Assembly: GCA_048938005.1 (NCBI GenBank)
Contig: JBHLMQ010000004.1
Span: 66,447 to 130,446, forward strand
Direction of reading: 5' to 3'
DNA from: Promethearchaeota archaeon
Lineage (GTDB): Archaea; Asgardarchaeota; Lokiarchaeia; Sigyniarchaeales; SOKP01
Length of the DNA: 64,000 bases
Part shown: positions 9,947 through 20,073 of the stretch, one piece after another
How the letters are laid out: each line of letters begins with the position of its first letter
How positions within the stretch are numbered: position 1 is the first letter of the stretch
Program-made: the position numbers and the translations under genes
The notes under the pieces: generated by a model
The model's database searches: none
Told to the model about the DNA's origin: nothing
What the model saw: only the letters and a program-made list of their open reading frames with translations

Positions 9947-12900
9947 ATGAGAAAAGAGAAATTTGTTATCGCTACTATTATTTGGATTCTATGTTTAAAT
10001 CTTCAAATAACTCTGAATTTTTTCATAATCTCACAATATGGAGCTCAAAATTATCAAATTAAAAACAATGCTGGTGAGATTTTGATTAATACGCCAGAAA
10101 ATAAAACTTATTTCGCCCCATATAGCGGTTATTATCCATCTACATATGGATTCGAAAATGATAATGAAGGTGATAACCCTGAAGGTTGGGTAATAGATGA
10201 TGAATCTGCTGGAAATATCGAGGTAATAGAAGAATTATACGGTCATAAAAATGTGCTTAAAATACCCGATGATTACCAAACTCGTGTAAATGTTTTATAT
10301 CAATCCTTTGGTAGTGATATAAGCGCTGGAACTGTGGAGTTCTGGATATTAGCGAGAGATAGTTCATTTTTTCCAGCTATCGAACCTTTGCACATACAAA
10401 TTGGAGATGAAAAAGCAGGTAATCCCTGGGAACATGCTTCTGTATTACATTTCGGATTAGATGAGGGGATATCTGTATCTGATGGCGGTACTTCAATAGA
10501 AGTTTACCCAGATTTATTGATAAATACATGGTATCATCTAAAAATAGAATTCGATTGTACAGATAATTGGCACTTATGGGTAAATGGAATTCAAACAGAT
10601 ATAAGCGGATATGATTTTAGAGGAAATCCAACAAGTATGACTCTAATAAGATTTTCAACTGGTAATTTTGATGCACCCCTTACTTTTATTGACGCACTTG
10701 GATATTCTTGGGATTCGAAATATAATATTGGAGATAATAGGTTTGAAGGATTATTTATTTCTTATGATACAATCATAAATTTCGATTGGGAAGCATATTC
10801 AATAGATGGATCTACAAATAATACTATTCTTGGAGATACAGTAATCGCTATGCCCGATTTTGGACAGCATACCATCCAAATATTTGGAAAAGATTCAATT
10901 GGAGACGTATTTGAATCCGATATTCGACATTTTAGCACCAGTCCATTGAACCTAATTGAACCAAAAAACATTACATACACAGAGCCAACGAGAAGATATT
11001 ATCCGGGCACTTATAGTTTTGAAAATGTTAAGGATGGATTAGATCCCCCAGATTGGATAGACTTAGGGGGAGAATCGTGTGTTATTAGTGAATTTGAAAG
11101 GCATAAAAAAGTCATGAAACTGTTCTATCCTGGGGGTGGAGATCATACCATCGATGTAAGAAACATGTTTGAAACCACACCAGAATCTGGTACTATAGAA
11201 TTTTGGTTAGCCCAAAAAGATGCCAATGCACCAATCGAAGCTCATTTTAGAAATTTGGGAGTTGGTATTTGTTTTTCATTAAGAATGAATAATGATGCTT
11301 TTCAGTTTTATAATGGTACATGGCATCCAGTAGGAAAGAATGCTTCAGATAGAAATTGGTACCATATTAGAATTGATTTCGAAACAACAATTGAAAGTTA
11401 TATGGGTTTATCACAATGGAAGTGGCGATTATTTATCAATAATGAGCTTTTTGGACCTTATAATTTCAATTATCAAGTGGCTCCAAACTTCTTCCGATTT
11501 TATGCGGGAATACTCGCAGATACAAGTTATGTTGACGCCATTGGATATTCTTGGGACCCTAATTATAATGTTGGATCTAATCTAAAGGAAGGTTTCCTTT
11601 TAGATTTTGAATATTCGCCTTATTTAGAGTGGATTGGCTACTCCTTAGATGGTCAAATGAATAAACAAATAAGAGGGAATACTGTAATTCCTTTACCAAG
11701 TAATAAGTCACATTCAATTCAAATATTCGGAAATGATTCTCTAGGTTATAATTATTATTCAGAACTGTGTTTTTTCACGATAGAATATCCAATAGAGCTA
11801 TTCACATTAAATCCCGGGACATGGGAAGATTTATTTAGCATTTATTTTGATAGTGACCCAAAATATGTTTTCATTGGAGATGCTGACAACGATGGATATA
11901 ATGACATTGTTGTAGGCACCTATATTACAAATAAGATTAAGATATTAACATGGAATGATACTATTAAATCTTGGAATCCGCCTATTTCCAAAGATACAGG
12001 TACTACTCCATACGAAATTAGTATTGGAGATGCTAACAACGATGGATATAATGATATTGTAGTAGCCAATTTTAAATCAGATACCATCTCAATATTTTTA
12101 TGGAATGAAAGTTTAGGTGATTGGGATTCACACATAAGATCTGCTGGTGATGGTCCATCTAATACCATTATTGGAGATGGAAATAATGATGGTTTTAATG
12201 ATATTATAATAGTAAATTATTATAGCAATAATGTTTCAGTCTTTCTATGGAACGATACTATTAGTAATTGGAATTCACCAATAACAAAAGCTATTGGTAG
12301 TTATACTAATTCACTAGCCTTAGGTGATATCAATAATGATGGTGATAAGGATATCATAACCACAAGTACGGGTGATGATAAAATACATATTTTATTATGG
12401 AATTCCAGTCTAAATGATTGGTCTCCAATTGAAAAACATGCTAATCAATATCCCACTGGTTTATCTGTCGGAGATGTTAATAATGATGGTTTTAATGATA
12501 TGATAGTAGCAGATGCTGAGGGTGAAGGTATTTCAATATTTTTATGGAATGAAAGTTTAGGTGATTGGGATTCATTCATAAAATCTACTGGTGATTATCC
12601 ACGTGAAACATTTATAGAAGATGTTAATAATGATGGATACAATGATATCACGGTTGTCGCCGGTGGTTATTTGTCCATTTTATTATGGAATAATAGATTT
12701 AATCGATGGCAAGAGGAAATAAAAAAATCAACTGGAAATAATGATAATGTGGGTGAATTATTCATCGGAGATCTGAACAATGATGGATTTAATGATATTT
12801 TAATGGGTACTCAATTTATATCCGATCATGATATAAGAATTTATCTATGGAATCGAGCTCCCATCATCACTATTAAATCCCCTCAAGAAAAAGATGCATT

Positions 12901-13513
12901 CGGAATTCAAGCTCCAAATTTTACTATCGAAATAAAAGATAATGAATTTTCCTCATTATGGTTTAAAATAAATAAAAATGAAGAAAAAATTCCTTTTAAT
13001 GGAAATGGAACTATAGATAAGACATTATGGGAAAATTTGGATGATGGGACAATAAAGTTTAAATTCTTTGCTAATGATACCTGGGGTGGAATTGGTTTTA
13101 CTGTTATAAATCTGCAAAAGGATGTTGTGAGTCCCTTAATTACCATAAAAGCTCCGACTGATGGAAATATTTTTGGAAAAGACCCTCCACAATTCAATAT
13201 TACTATTTATGAAGCAAATTCATATTCTCTTTGGTATACAATCGATAATGGAATTACAAACTATACTATTTACGAGTTATGGGGATTCATTAATCAATCA
13301 GCGTGGGATTCAGCCCTCCCAGGAGATATAATAATTAAGTTTTATGCCAAAGATCTTGCAGAAAATATTGGGACTAATGAAGTCATTATTGTAAAGGAAG
13401 ATGGTTCATCAGAATTTCCTCTTGAATTAATACTTCTTATCTCGTTTATCAGTGGAGGAGCTATTATAGGAATAGCAGTGTTTTTATTAGTTAAAAGAAA
13501 AAGAACTTTATAA
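9947..13513 (+). CDS. Large surface protein with two lectin-like repeats, FG-GAP/VCBS repeats, Ig-like domains and a C-terminal TM anchor
   Basis: N-terminal signal, seven D.NNDG..D repeats, C-terminal hydrophobic helix followed by KRKR. Confidence 0.85.
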   Translation: MRKEKFVIATIIWILCLNLQITLNFFIISQYGAQNYQIKNNAGEILINTPENKTYFAPYSGYYPSTYGFENDNEGDNPEGWVIDDESAGNIEVIEELYGHKNVLKIPDDYQTRVNVLYQSFGSDISAGTVEFWILARDSSFFPAIEPLHIQIGDEKAGNPWEHASVLHFGLDEGISVSDGGTSIEVYPDLLINTWYHLKIEFDCTDNWHLWVNGIQTDISGYDFRGNPTSMTLIRFSTGNFDAPLTFIDALGYSWDSKYNIGDNRFEGLFISYDTIINFDWEAYSIDGSTNNTILGDTVIAMPDFGQHTIQIFGKDSIGDVFESDIRHFSTSPLNLIEPKNITYTEPTRRYYPGTYSFENVKDGLDPPDWIDLGGESCVISEFERHKKVMKLFYPGGGDHTIDVRNMFETTPESGTIEFWLAQKDANAPIEAHFRNLGVGICFSLRMNNDAFQFYNGTWHPVGKNASDRNWYHIRIDFETTIESYMGLSQWKWRLFINNELFGPYNFNYQVAPNFFRFYAGILADTSYVDAIGYSWDPNYNVGSNLKEGFLLDFEYSPYLEWIGYSLDGQMNKQIRGNTVIPLPSNKSHSIQIFGNDSLGYNYYSELCFFTIEYPIELFTLNPGTWEDLFSIYFDSDPKYVFIGDADNDGYNDIVVGTYITNKIKILTWNDTIKSWNPPISKDTGTTPYEISIGDANNDGYNDIVVANFKSDTISIFLWNESLGDWDSHIRSAGDGPSNTIIGDGNNDGFNDIIIVNYYSNNVSVFLWNDTISNWNSPITKAIGSYTNSLALGDINNDGDKDIITTSTGDDKIHILLWNSSLNDWSPIEKHANQYPTGLSVGDVNNDGFNDMIVADAEGEGISIFLWNESLGDWDSFIKSTGDYPRETFIEDVNNDGYNDITVVAGGYLSILLWNNRFNRWQEEIKKSTGNNDNVGELFIGDLNNDGFNDILMGTQFISDHDIRIYLWNRAPIITIKSPQEKDAFGIQAPNFTIEIKDNEFSSLWFKINKNEEKIPFNGNGTIDKTLWENLDDGTIKFKFFANDTWGGIGFTVINLQKDVVSPLITIKAPTDGNIFGKDPPQFNITIYEANSYSLWYTIDNGITNYTIYELWGFINQSAWDSALPGDIIIKFYAKDLAENIGTNEVIIVKEDGSSEFPLELILLISFISGGAIIGIAVFLLVKRKRTL

Positions 13514-13689
13514 TTTAAAATTTTTTTTTATTAATTAATCAATTCAAAAGAAAAAATTAAGTTAAATTTATTAAATAAAATAACAAGTTTATATTGAGAT
13601 CTCTTTTTTTAGATCTCCTTTTTTTAAATTAAGAACTATATACCATAATTTAGATTTAATTATGAAAATGAGCATTTTTTTCTAATTAT

Positions 13690-14718
13690 TTATAGTTTTG
13701 GCTTCAATATATCATTAGAAGTTGCATCTCCATAGATCTCTTTAGCCAAAATTCTTAATCCTTCTAAACCAATTGGTTCTTCCCTAAGTCTATCAGACTC
13801 CCAGATTTTTAATTTTTTGAACTCATTTTTTATTTCTAATAAGTATTTTTCTTGAATAGAAGAGATTTGACTGCAAAAATTACATTTTTTTGCATGTTTT
13901 TTAGGGATTAACATGTTTATATGGATACCATCAAGCTGAATATATTTTTTTGTTAATTCTCGTGCTCTTTTAATTTCTTCAAAACTTGGTTTTTCGGCTA
14001 TAGTTACTAATCTAAGTGACCCAATATCGTGAATTAAATATGAAATTCTCTCTCCACGTTTTTCTAATTCAACTATCATATTAAAAATTTCTTTTCCTAA
14101 TTCTCGTCTTTCTTCGTAATTATTAAATGGTTTGATTATATTTCTCCACATTTTTGAAAAATGTCGAATCGCACCTTTTATGGAATTATAAAAATTTAAT
14201 GAGTACTTTAACACAACTTTGACTTGGTCTTCAGGTATCTCAAAAAGAGTAATCATATTTGCCGTTGGAGGGAAATCTGCAATTATTATATCAAATTGAA
14301 TATCTTGATTATTAATATCTTCAGCATCTAATATTTTTTGAAAAAACATAGCATTTTTTAGTGCTAATGGAATAGAATCAGCTGTAAAAGTTGTATCTAT
14401 AAATTTTTCGATTTGTGGGATCTTCCCTACAAGAGGCATTTGCTTTGTAAGAGTTTTCATTTTCTCTATCAAATCTTTAGTGTATTTCTTAGCATAACTA
14501 TCCGCATCTGGTTCAATGCCCCATAGATTTTTTGTTAATAGTGTTAACTTGTTTCCAATCTCCAATTTAAATAGATCACTAAGGTTATGAGCCATATCAA
14601 AAGAAATAAGTAGAAATTTTTTGTCCGGAAGTAATTCTGAAAGTAATACTGCTGTAGCGGCACTAATAGAACTTTTCCCTACTCCTCCTTTTCCCCCAAG
14701 AACTATAATTCTTTCCAT
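13690..14718 (-). CDS. ArsA/Get3 family ATPase
   Basis: GGKGGVGKSS, D.AHNLSD, CNFC, EPIG. Confidence 0.9.
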   Translation of the reverse strand: MERIIVLGGKGGVGKSSISAATAVLLSELLPDKKFLLISFDMAHNLSDLFKLEIGNKLTLLTKNLWGIEPDADSYAKKYTKDLIEKMKTLTKQMPLVGKIPQIEKFIDTTFTADSIPLALKNAMFFQKILDAEDINNQDIQFDIIIADFPPTANMITLFEIPEDQVKVVLKYSLNFYNSIKGAIRHFSKMWRNIIKPFNNYEERRELGKEIFNMIVELEKRGERISYLIHDIGSLRLVTIAEKPSFEEIKRARELTKKYIQLDGIHINMLIPKKHAKKCNFCSQISSIQEKYLLEIKNEFKKLKIWESDRLREEPIGLEGLRILAKEIYGDATSNDILKPKL

Positions 14719-15002
14719 GATTTGCTGTGGTTTTGAAACATCTAGCTTATTATATCAAAAATAAAAATAACATAAAAAACTAACTAAACAGAATTTTTTT
14801 TAATATTCTTACAATTAGCAAAAAATAAATTAATTAATTAATTTAATAACTCATAATCATCGTAAAAATGATGATTTCAAATTCAAAGTTATAAATCAAA
14901 AATAAAAAGTAATTATATCAAATTTATTCAAAATAATTTTTTAACTTATATAAATTAGATTTGGAAAGAAAAAATTGGAATTTAGAAAATGTAATTTAAA
15001 TT

Positions 15003-16233
15003 ATGGATGTGATCAAGATTACAAGTCAAAATGAATTTACAACTAAATATATAATAGAAGTAAAATTTACCATTAAAGGTGTTGTGGAAAAAAGCGATAT
15101 AGTCGGTGCTATTTTCGGCCAAAGATAGATTAGAAACAAGCCAATTCGGCTAATTCGGCTAAACTGAAGGTCTTCTTTTAGATCTCGATTTGAGAGATCT
15201 CCAGAAGTCTGGTCGAATTGGGCGGATAGAAGTAGAAACCGAATCTAAAGAGGGAGTTTCTAAGGGCATTATTAAAATTCCGTCCTCATTGACTAGAAAG
15301 GAGACAGCATTATTGGCAGCGACTGTTGAAACTGTTTCTCGAGTTGGTCCATGCGAAGCAGAAATTAAGCTTATTGAAATTCGAGACGTTCGTGAAAGAA
15401 AACGGAAAAAAATTATAGAAAGAGCTGCAGAACTTTTAAAAGAATGGGACCAAAAATCTCTAGAGCAAAGTGAAATAGAAGAAAAAATAGATACTGATAT
15501 AAAGCTTGGAGAAATTATTTCATGGGACTCAGAGAATCTTCCTGCGGGGCCAGAAGTAGATAATAATCCAGATTTAATTATTGTGGAAGGACGAGCAGAT
15601 ATTCTAAATTTATTAAGAATTGGTGTTAAAAACACAATTGCTGTTCAAGGAACTCAAGTCCCTAAATCAGTAATTAAATTAGCAAAACAAAAAAAATCAG
15701 TAACAGCATTCGTTGATGGTGACCGTGGTGGAACAATTATTCTTAAGGAACTTTTGCAAGTTGCAAGAATTGATTATGTAGCTAGAGCACCCGATGGATA
15801 TGAAGTTGAAGAATTAACTAGAAAGCAAATGATAAAATCCTTACAAAACAAAAAACCAGCAAAATTTTTTAAGAATATTAAAGAAAAAGAGATTACGGAG
15901 AATGATATTAGTGATATAACAGAAGATGTTCATAAAATTTTAAAGAAGATTAAAGTTAAAGATGAATCTCTAATCAAGAATGCAATTGAGAATATTGAAG
16001 CAGGTTTTGGGATTGGACTTAATAAAAACCTCGAAAAGTTGTTTGATATGCCTGTAGGTGAAATTTTTGAAAAAATTAGGGACTTTAAAGATACTCAATA
16101 TTTAATAATTGATGGAATTTTGACAAAAAGGCTTCTTTCACTTGCAATAAATATGAAAATTAAATTTATTGCATGCAAAAATAAAGAAGAAGAATTATTT
16201 ATTCCTGAACATATTCTAGTACATTTCTTTTAA
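15003..16233 (+). CDS. dnaG: Archaeal DnaG (exosome-associated), two exons 15003-15122 and 15163-16233, 396 aa when joined
   Basis: Exon 1 ...TKYII...[15 protein letters not shown] joins exon 2 [36 protein letters not shown] and DGDRGG intact. Confidence 0.9.
15123..15162 (+). other. Putative 40-nt BHB-type intron in dnaG mRNA
   Basis: GGCC(15117-20) pairs with GGCT(15157-60) and each is followed by AAA; cutting after the second bulge base restores CAA-ACT in frame. Confidence 0.8.
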
Positions 16234-16261
16234 AGTATTAATTAAATCCCATTAAGAATCA

Positions 16262-16501
16262 CTATTTTCCAAGTGGTATAAAGGAGAATATTAGTTGTAT
16301 TATATATGAGACAACACCAAGAAGCACAATTCCAATAGCACAAATTTTAAAAACTAAAAAGTAATCCTTTCTCTTGGGTTTATTTGCAATTTTAAGAATT
16401 CTTTTTGAATTTTGGAAAAAAAAGGCTAATCTTCCATATAAACCAGGTTTTTCCTTCTTGCTTTTTTTAGCATATTTTTCATATTTTGGGTATTGAGACA
16501 C
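16262..16501 (-). CDS. secE: Protein translocase SecE/Sec61-gamma
   Basis: RILKIANKP..KDY followed by one TM helix; downstream of ftsY. Confidence 0.9.
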   Translation of the reverse strand: MSQYPKYEKYAKKSKKEKPGLYGRLAFFFQNSKRILKIANKPKRKDYFLVFKICAIGIVLLGVVSYIIQLIFSFIPLGK

Positions 16502-16586
16502 AATAAAGAAAAAGTGTTGTTAGATAAAAAGTTATCTGTAAAAATAGCTATTTAAAATTAATATAGAATAAGAAAGATGTTGAGTA

Positions 16587-17477
16587 TCAATCAATATCGA
16601 GTATATTTGAAATAAATAAATCTCGATCAAACGGTGTTAAATCTTGGTAACTTTGGCCTACACCTAAAAAAATGATTGGTTTTTTTGTCTCAAACGAGAT
16701 TGATAAAGCAGCTCCACCTTTTGCGTCAGCATCTATTTTTGTTAAAATATTGGCGTCAATTCCAACATGTTTATTAAATTCTCTCGCTTGAAAAAGAGCA
16801 TCGTTTCCCGCAAGGGAATCTCCGATAAAAATAACTAAATCTGGTTGAGCTACTCTGCATATTTTTTGTATTTCTATCATTAAGTTCTTATCTGTAACTT
16901 GTCTTCCTGCTGTATCAATTAAAACAACATCAATATTTTTGGCTTTAGCGTGTTCAATAGCATCGTAAGCAACAGAGGCAGGATCAGATTTATATTCATG
17001 CTTTATAACTCTTATTCCTACTTTTTCCATATGATAAGATAATTGTTCGATTGCTGCTGCTCTAAATGTGTCTGCTGCTGCTGCTACAATTGAGAATCCA
17101 TTTTTTTTTAAAAAATAAGCAATTTTAGCCATAGTTGTGGTTTTTCCTGTTCCGTTAACTCCAAGAAAAACAAGTACATAGGGTTTCCCTTTTTTTTTAA
17201 TTTCCTCAAGTAAATCAATCTCTTCTCTGGGTGTTAAGATCTCCGTGATTGTTTCTTTTAATACTTCAAATAACATTTTTTGGGTGGATGATAGGCGCCC
17301 AATTTGTTTTCCTTTAAAAGAATCAATAATCTTATTGCATATTTCATCAGCAGTGTCAATAGCTACATCATTACTTAAAAGAAGTAATCTTAGATCATTA
17401 ATGGCATTATCTAACTTTTTTTCTGTTAAAGTTTTTTTTACAAATGATGAAAAAACGTTCTTTAATTTTTCAAGCAT
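16587..17477 (-). CDS. ftsY: SRP receptor FtsY
   Basis: GVNGTGKTTT, DTFRAAA, DTAGR, TKID.DAKGG. Confidence 0.97.
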   Translation of the reverse strand: MLEKLKNVFSSFVKKTLTEKKLDNAINDLRLLLLSNDVAIDTADEICNKIIDSFKGKQIGRLSSTQKMLFEVLKETITEILTPREEIDLLEEIKKKGKPYVLVFLGVNGTGKTTTMAKIAYFLKKNGFSIVAAAADTFRAAAIEQLSYHMEKVGIRVIKHEYKSDPASVAYDAIEHAKAKNIDVVLIDTAGRQVTDKNLMIEIQKICRVAQPDLVIFIGDSLAGNDALFQAREFNKHVGIDANILTKIDADAKGGAALSISFETKKPIIFLGVGQSYQDLTPFDRDLFISNILDID

Positions 17478-17543
17478 TTACTTCTCCATAATCATTTAAA
17501 ACTTAATTGAAAATATAACAAGATTAATACAAAAAATGTACTT

Positions 17544-17963
17544 TTATGTAGTATTTCTTTGAATAAGTTGAGAAATTTCTTGTAAGTTCACATCCACATT
17601 TTGAAGTTGTGTTCTTAAAAATTGAATTTGTTTATTGTGTTGTTCAATCATTTTATCAAGAAATTCAATGGTTCCATCCAAATCCTTCTTGATTACAACA
17701 TCCTGAGTAACAGCAAGTAGAACTTTTTCTGGTTCTTTAATAGTTGCTCTAATATTTACTAATCCTCCAATTGGAACTAAAATTTCATCATCTTCGCTTA
17801 TTCCTTTTTTTAAATTTTCTACAGTCATTTTTGTATTCATTATATTTCCTAAAGAAGCATTAATTATTTCTAATTGTCCTTGAAACATATCACGCTGTTC
17901 TTTTAAGTATCGAAATTTTATTAGTTGTTCCTGATATTCCTTAGGAGGTTCCATGTTTATCAA
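17544..17963 (-). CDS. pfdA: Prefoldin alpha subunit
   Basis: Coiled coils flanking EILVPIGG; operon context. Confidence 0.9.
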   Translation of the reverse strand: MINMEPPKEYQEQLIKFRYLKEQRDMFQGQLEIINASLGNIMNTKMTVENLKKGISEDDEILVPIGGLVNIRATIKEPEKVLLAVTQDVVIKKDLDGTIEFLDKMIEQHNKQIQFLRTQLQNVDVNLQEISQLIQRNTT

Positions 17964-17982
17964 ACCTTGTTTTTTAATTTTT

Positions 17983-18210
17983 TTACTCTGATAACTCTCG
18001 AATGAGATAATCTTGAGATTCTTCTAGAGGTATTTCTTTAATTTCTTGTATTGCAATTTGACGTCTATATATCCCAATTGAAGTAATTTGACATAATACC
18101 TTTTCAAGAGCGTCTTCTTCTTTTAAAGCTCGAACTTCTTTTCTAAATAAATACTTTTTATGATTTTTTCTGTAATTGCCAATAATTCTGAAAATTTTAA
18201 TCTCTGACAT
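17983..18210 (-). CDS. rpl18a: 50S ribosomal protein L18Ae/LX
   Basis: MSEIKIFRIIG..FRKEVRALKEEDALEKV; between eIF6 and pfdA. Confidence 0.9.
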   Translation of the reverse strand: MSEIKIFRIIGNYRKNHKKYLFRKEVRALKEEDALEKVLCQITSIGIYRRQIAIQEIKEIPLEESQDYLIRELSE

Positions 18211-18306
18211 AACTAAATGAACCCATTCTCGCAAAGCTTTTAAAATACGATAATATTTCAAAAAATATTAAATTTTTCTTTTTTCTGCCATAAGAAAGAA
18301 AAATTT

Positions 18307-18978
18307 TTAGAGTTTAAGAACAGAAGTAAGTCTCATTAATTCTGGTCCTGTAGAATCTACGCCAAATATTCCACTTTTATCGTTTACTATTGCTCCTGAG
18401 CTTAAATATGGTACTCCACGGTTAACTGTTGATACATCAACTTCATCAACCTTTAAAACAGAAGAGATGTAATTAATTTCATCATCAGTCGATAGGGGAT
18501 GCACTAAACAACCATAATTATTGGCTAATGATATCGAACCAGGAAGGTAGTAATTTGCAAATTCGTAAACTACTGCCTCCACATTCAAAATATCCTCAAT
18601 TTCAGTCTTATAAGGTTTTAAAAATGAGCTAATTATCGCACCATTATCATTACATAAAACTAAATTTCCAAATGCATTATCAATTGACTTTAGAATTCCA
18701 ATCTGAATTGATTCATTCATATATGATTTTAAATTATTAAGTTCATCCTCTCTAATAATATGTGGTACTATAATTCCATATTTATTCGATACAGAATACA
18801 CACCTAATAAATTAGAATTATTAATAGTCAGAGGGTAAAATGGTTCTTCAAAGATATTTTTGAATTTTTTAAGTAAATGATTTAGCATTGTTGGAGGATA
18901 TAGAACATAGCAATTGTTGGCAGATAAATATACACCAATCAAACTTTTCCCAAATATCTGAGCTCTAAGGATTGACAT
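18307..18978 (-). CDS. eif6: Translation initiation factor 6
   Basis: GNLVLCND.GA, GCLVHP, STVNRG, TGPEL. Confidence 0.95.
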   Translation of the reverse strand: MSILRAQIFGKSLIGVYLSANNCYVLYPPTMLNHLLKKFKNIFEEPFYPLTINNSNLLGVYSVSNKYGIIVPHIIREDELNNLKSYMNESIQIGILKSIDNAFGNLVLCNDNGAIISSFLKPYKTEIEDILNVEAVVYEFANYYLPGSISLANNYGCLVHPLSTDDEINYISSVLKVDEVDVSTVNRGVPYLSSGAIVNDKSGIFGVDSTGPELMRLTSVLKL

Positions 18979-19009
18979 TATAGAAACTTTTTTAGAGATT
19001 TAGTATGCC

Positions 19010-19471
19010 TTAACTTAAATAGACAACAACTAACCCATCGATGTTCTTGGTTGCCCTGATTTTAAGTTTCCTTGGAGGTTTTTGAATTCCTCGTTCCCAT
19101 ATTTTTTGATTTACCTCTTGAGTAATTACTAAGGATTCTGGCTTAAAATGGCGTTTTACATAATCTTTCAAATATCTAATTGCTTTTTTAGCACGTTTAT
19201 TTCTCGGACCTTTCCGCGCTTTTACGAGAGGAACAATATATATTCTCTCATCAATAATTTCTTCTTTAGGTGCCTCTATTTCCTCTATTTCTTCTTTTTC
19301 TTCAAGTTCTTCTTCAAATATTTCACTTATTTCTTCTTCTTCAGAAATTTCCTCTAAACTAAATTCTTCAATCTCTTCAATTTCTTCTTCTGATTCTTCT
19401 TCCATTTCTTCAGAATCTGTTAATTCTTCTTCTAAATCCTCTAAATTAATTTCTTTTTCTTTTTTTGCCAT
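19010..19471 (-). CDS. rpl31e: 50S ribosomal protein L31e with acidic N-terminal extension
   Basis: ERIYIVPL..RAKKAI..IWERGIQKPPRKL. Confidence 0.95.
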   Translation of the reverse strand: MAKKEKEINLEDLEEELTDSEEMEEESEEEIEEIEEFSLEEISEEEEISEIFEEELEEKEEIEEIEAPKEEIIDERIYIVPLVKARKGPRNKRAKKAIRYLKDYVKRHFKPESLVITQEVNQKIWERGIQKPPRKLKIRATKNIDGLVVVYLS

Positions 19472-19508
19472 TTTATTTCAATTTAGTATTTGATGATAAA
19501 AATATTCT

Positions 19509-19670
19509 TTAATCTCGTTTAAGTCTAGTATTCCTCCATGATCTTCTAGTATAAGGGCTAGATCTAACTCTGCGCTTTGTCTTCATAGTAATCCAACTTG
19601 GAATTGTTTGACTTTGCTTTGCTTTTTTAGCTCTTCGCAATTTGGATGGTAAATCTTTATTTCTTGCCAT
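19509..19670 (-). CDS. rpl39e: 50S ribosomal protein L39e (53 aa, below the ORF-track cutoff)
   Basis: Manual translation MARNKDLPSKLRRAKKAKQSQTIPSWITMKTKRRVRSSPYTRRSWRNTRLKRD. Confidence 0.95.
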   Translation of the reverse strand: MARNKDLPSKLRRAKKAKQSQTIPSWITMKTKRRVRSSPYTRRSWRNTRLKRD

Positions 19671-19707
19671 AAATCCTAATCTCTAAAAATATTACTAATT
19701 CTTATAA

Positions 19708-20049
19708 TTATTTTTTTATATTAAATTCTTTTTTTCTGTCTAATGAAGAAATTTGTTCTAAAAGTTTTTTAAAAGCATTATCTGGTAAAGGTGTGGCCCC
19801 TCTTAATTTTCCTGTTTGAAATAATTGAATCAATTGTAATTCTATTTGTTCTGCAAATTGGGGTTTAACAATCCTAATATTTTCTAATCTTTGCCTTCCT
19901 TCTTGGCTCAATATTTTTCTCATTAACTGATATTTTTTGGTTTCAAACTCTTTTTGCTGAGCTTCTGCTATTTGTTGTTGTACTGCCTGTTGCTTTAATT
20001 CCTCCAGCTTTCTTCTCCTAATATTTTCTAAATCTTCGTCGTTACTCAA
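19708..20049 (-). CDS. PDCD5-like DNA-binding protein
   Basis: LENIRRRKLEEL, RQRLENIRIVKP, IELQLIQL. Confidence 0.92.
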   Translation of the reverse strand: MSNDEDLENIRRRKLEELKQQAVQQQIAEAQQKEFETKKYQLMRKILSQEGRQRLENIRIVKPQFAEQIELQLIQLFQTGKLRGATPLPDNAFKKLLEQISSLDRKKEFNIKK

Positions 20050-20073
20050 TCTAAATCCCTAAATATACAAGTT

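Noticed and set aside
15159-15635. 158-aa minus-strand ORF
   Set aside because: Antisense shadow of dnaG
15190-16233. 347-aa track ORF as the complete DnaG, or dnaG as a simple pseudogene or programmed frameshift
   Set aside because: The conserved N-terminal 40 aa lie upstream and both parts are otherwise intact. A stop in each relevant frame within the insert (TAG 15126-28, TAA 15160-62) argues against one simple frameshift
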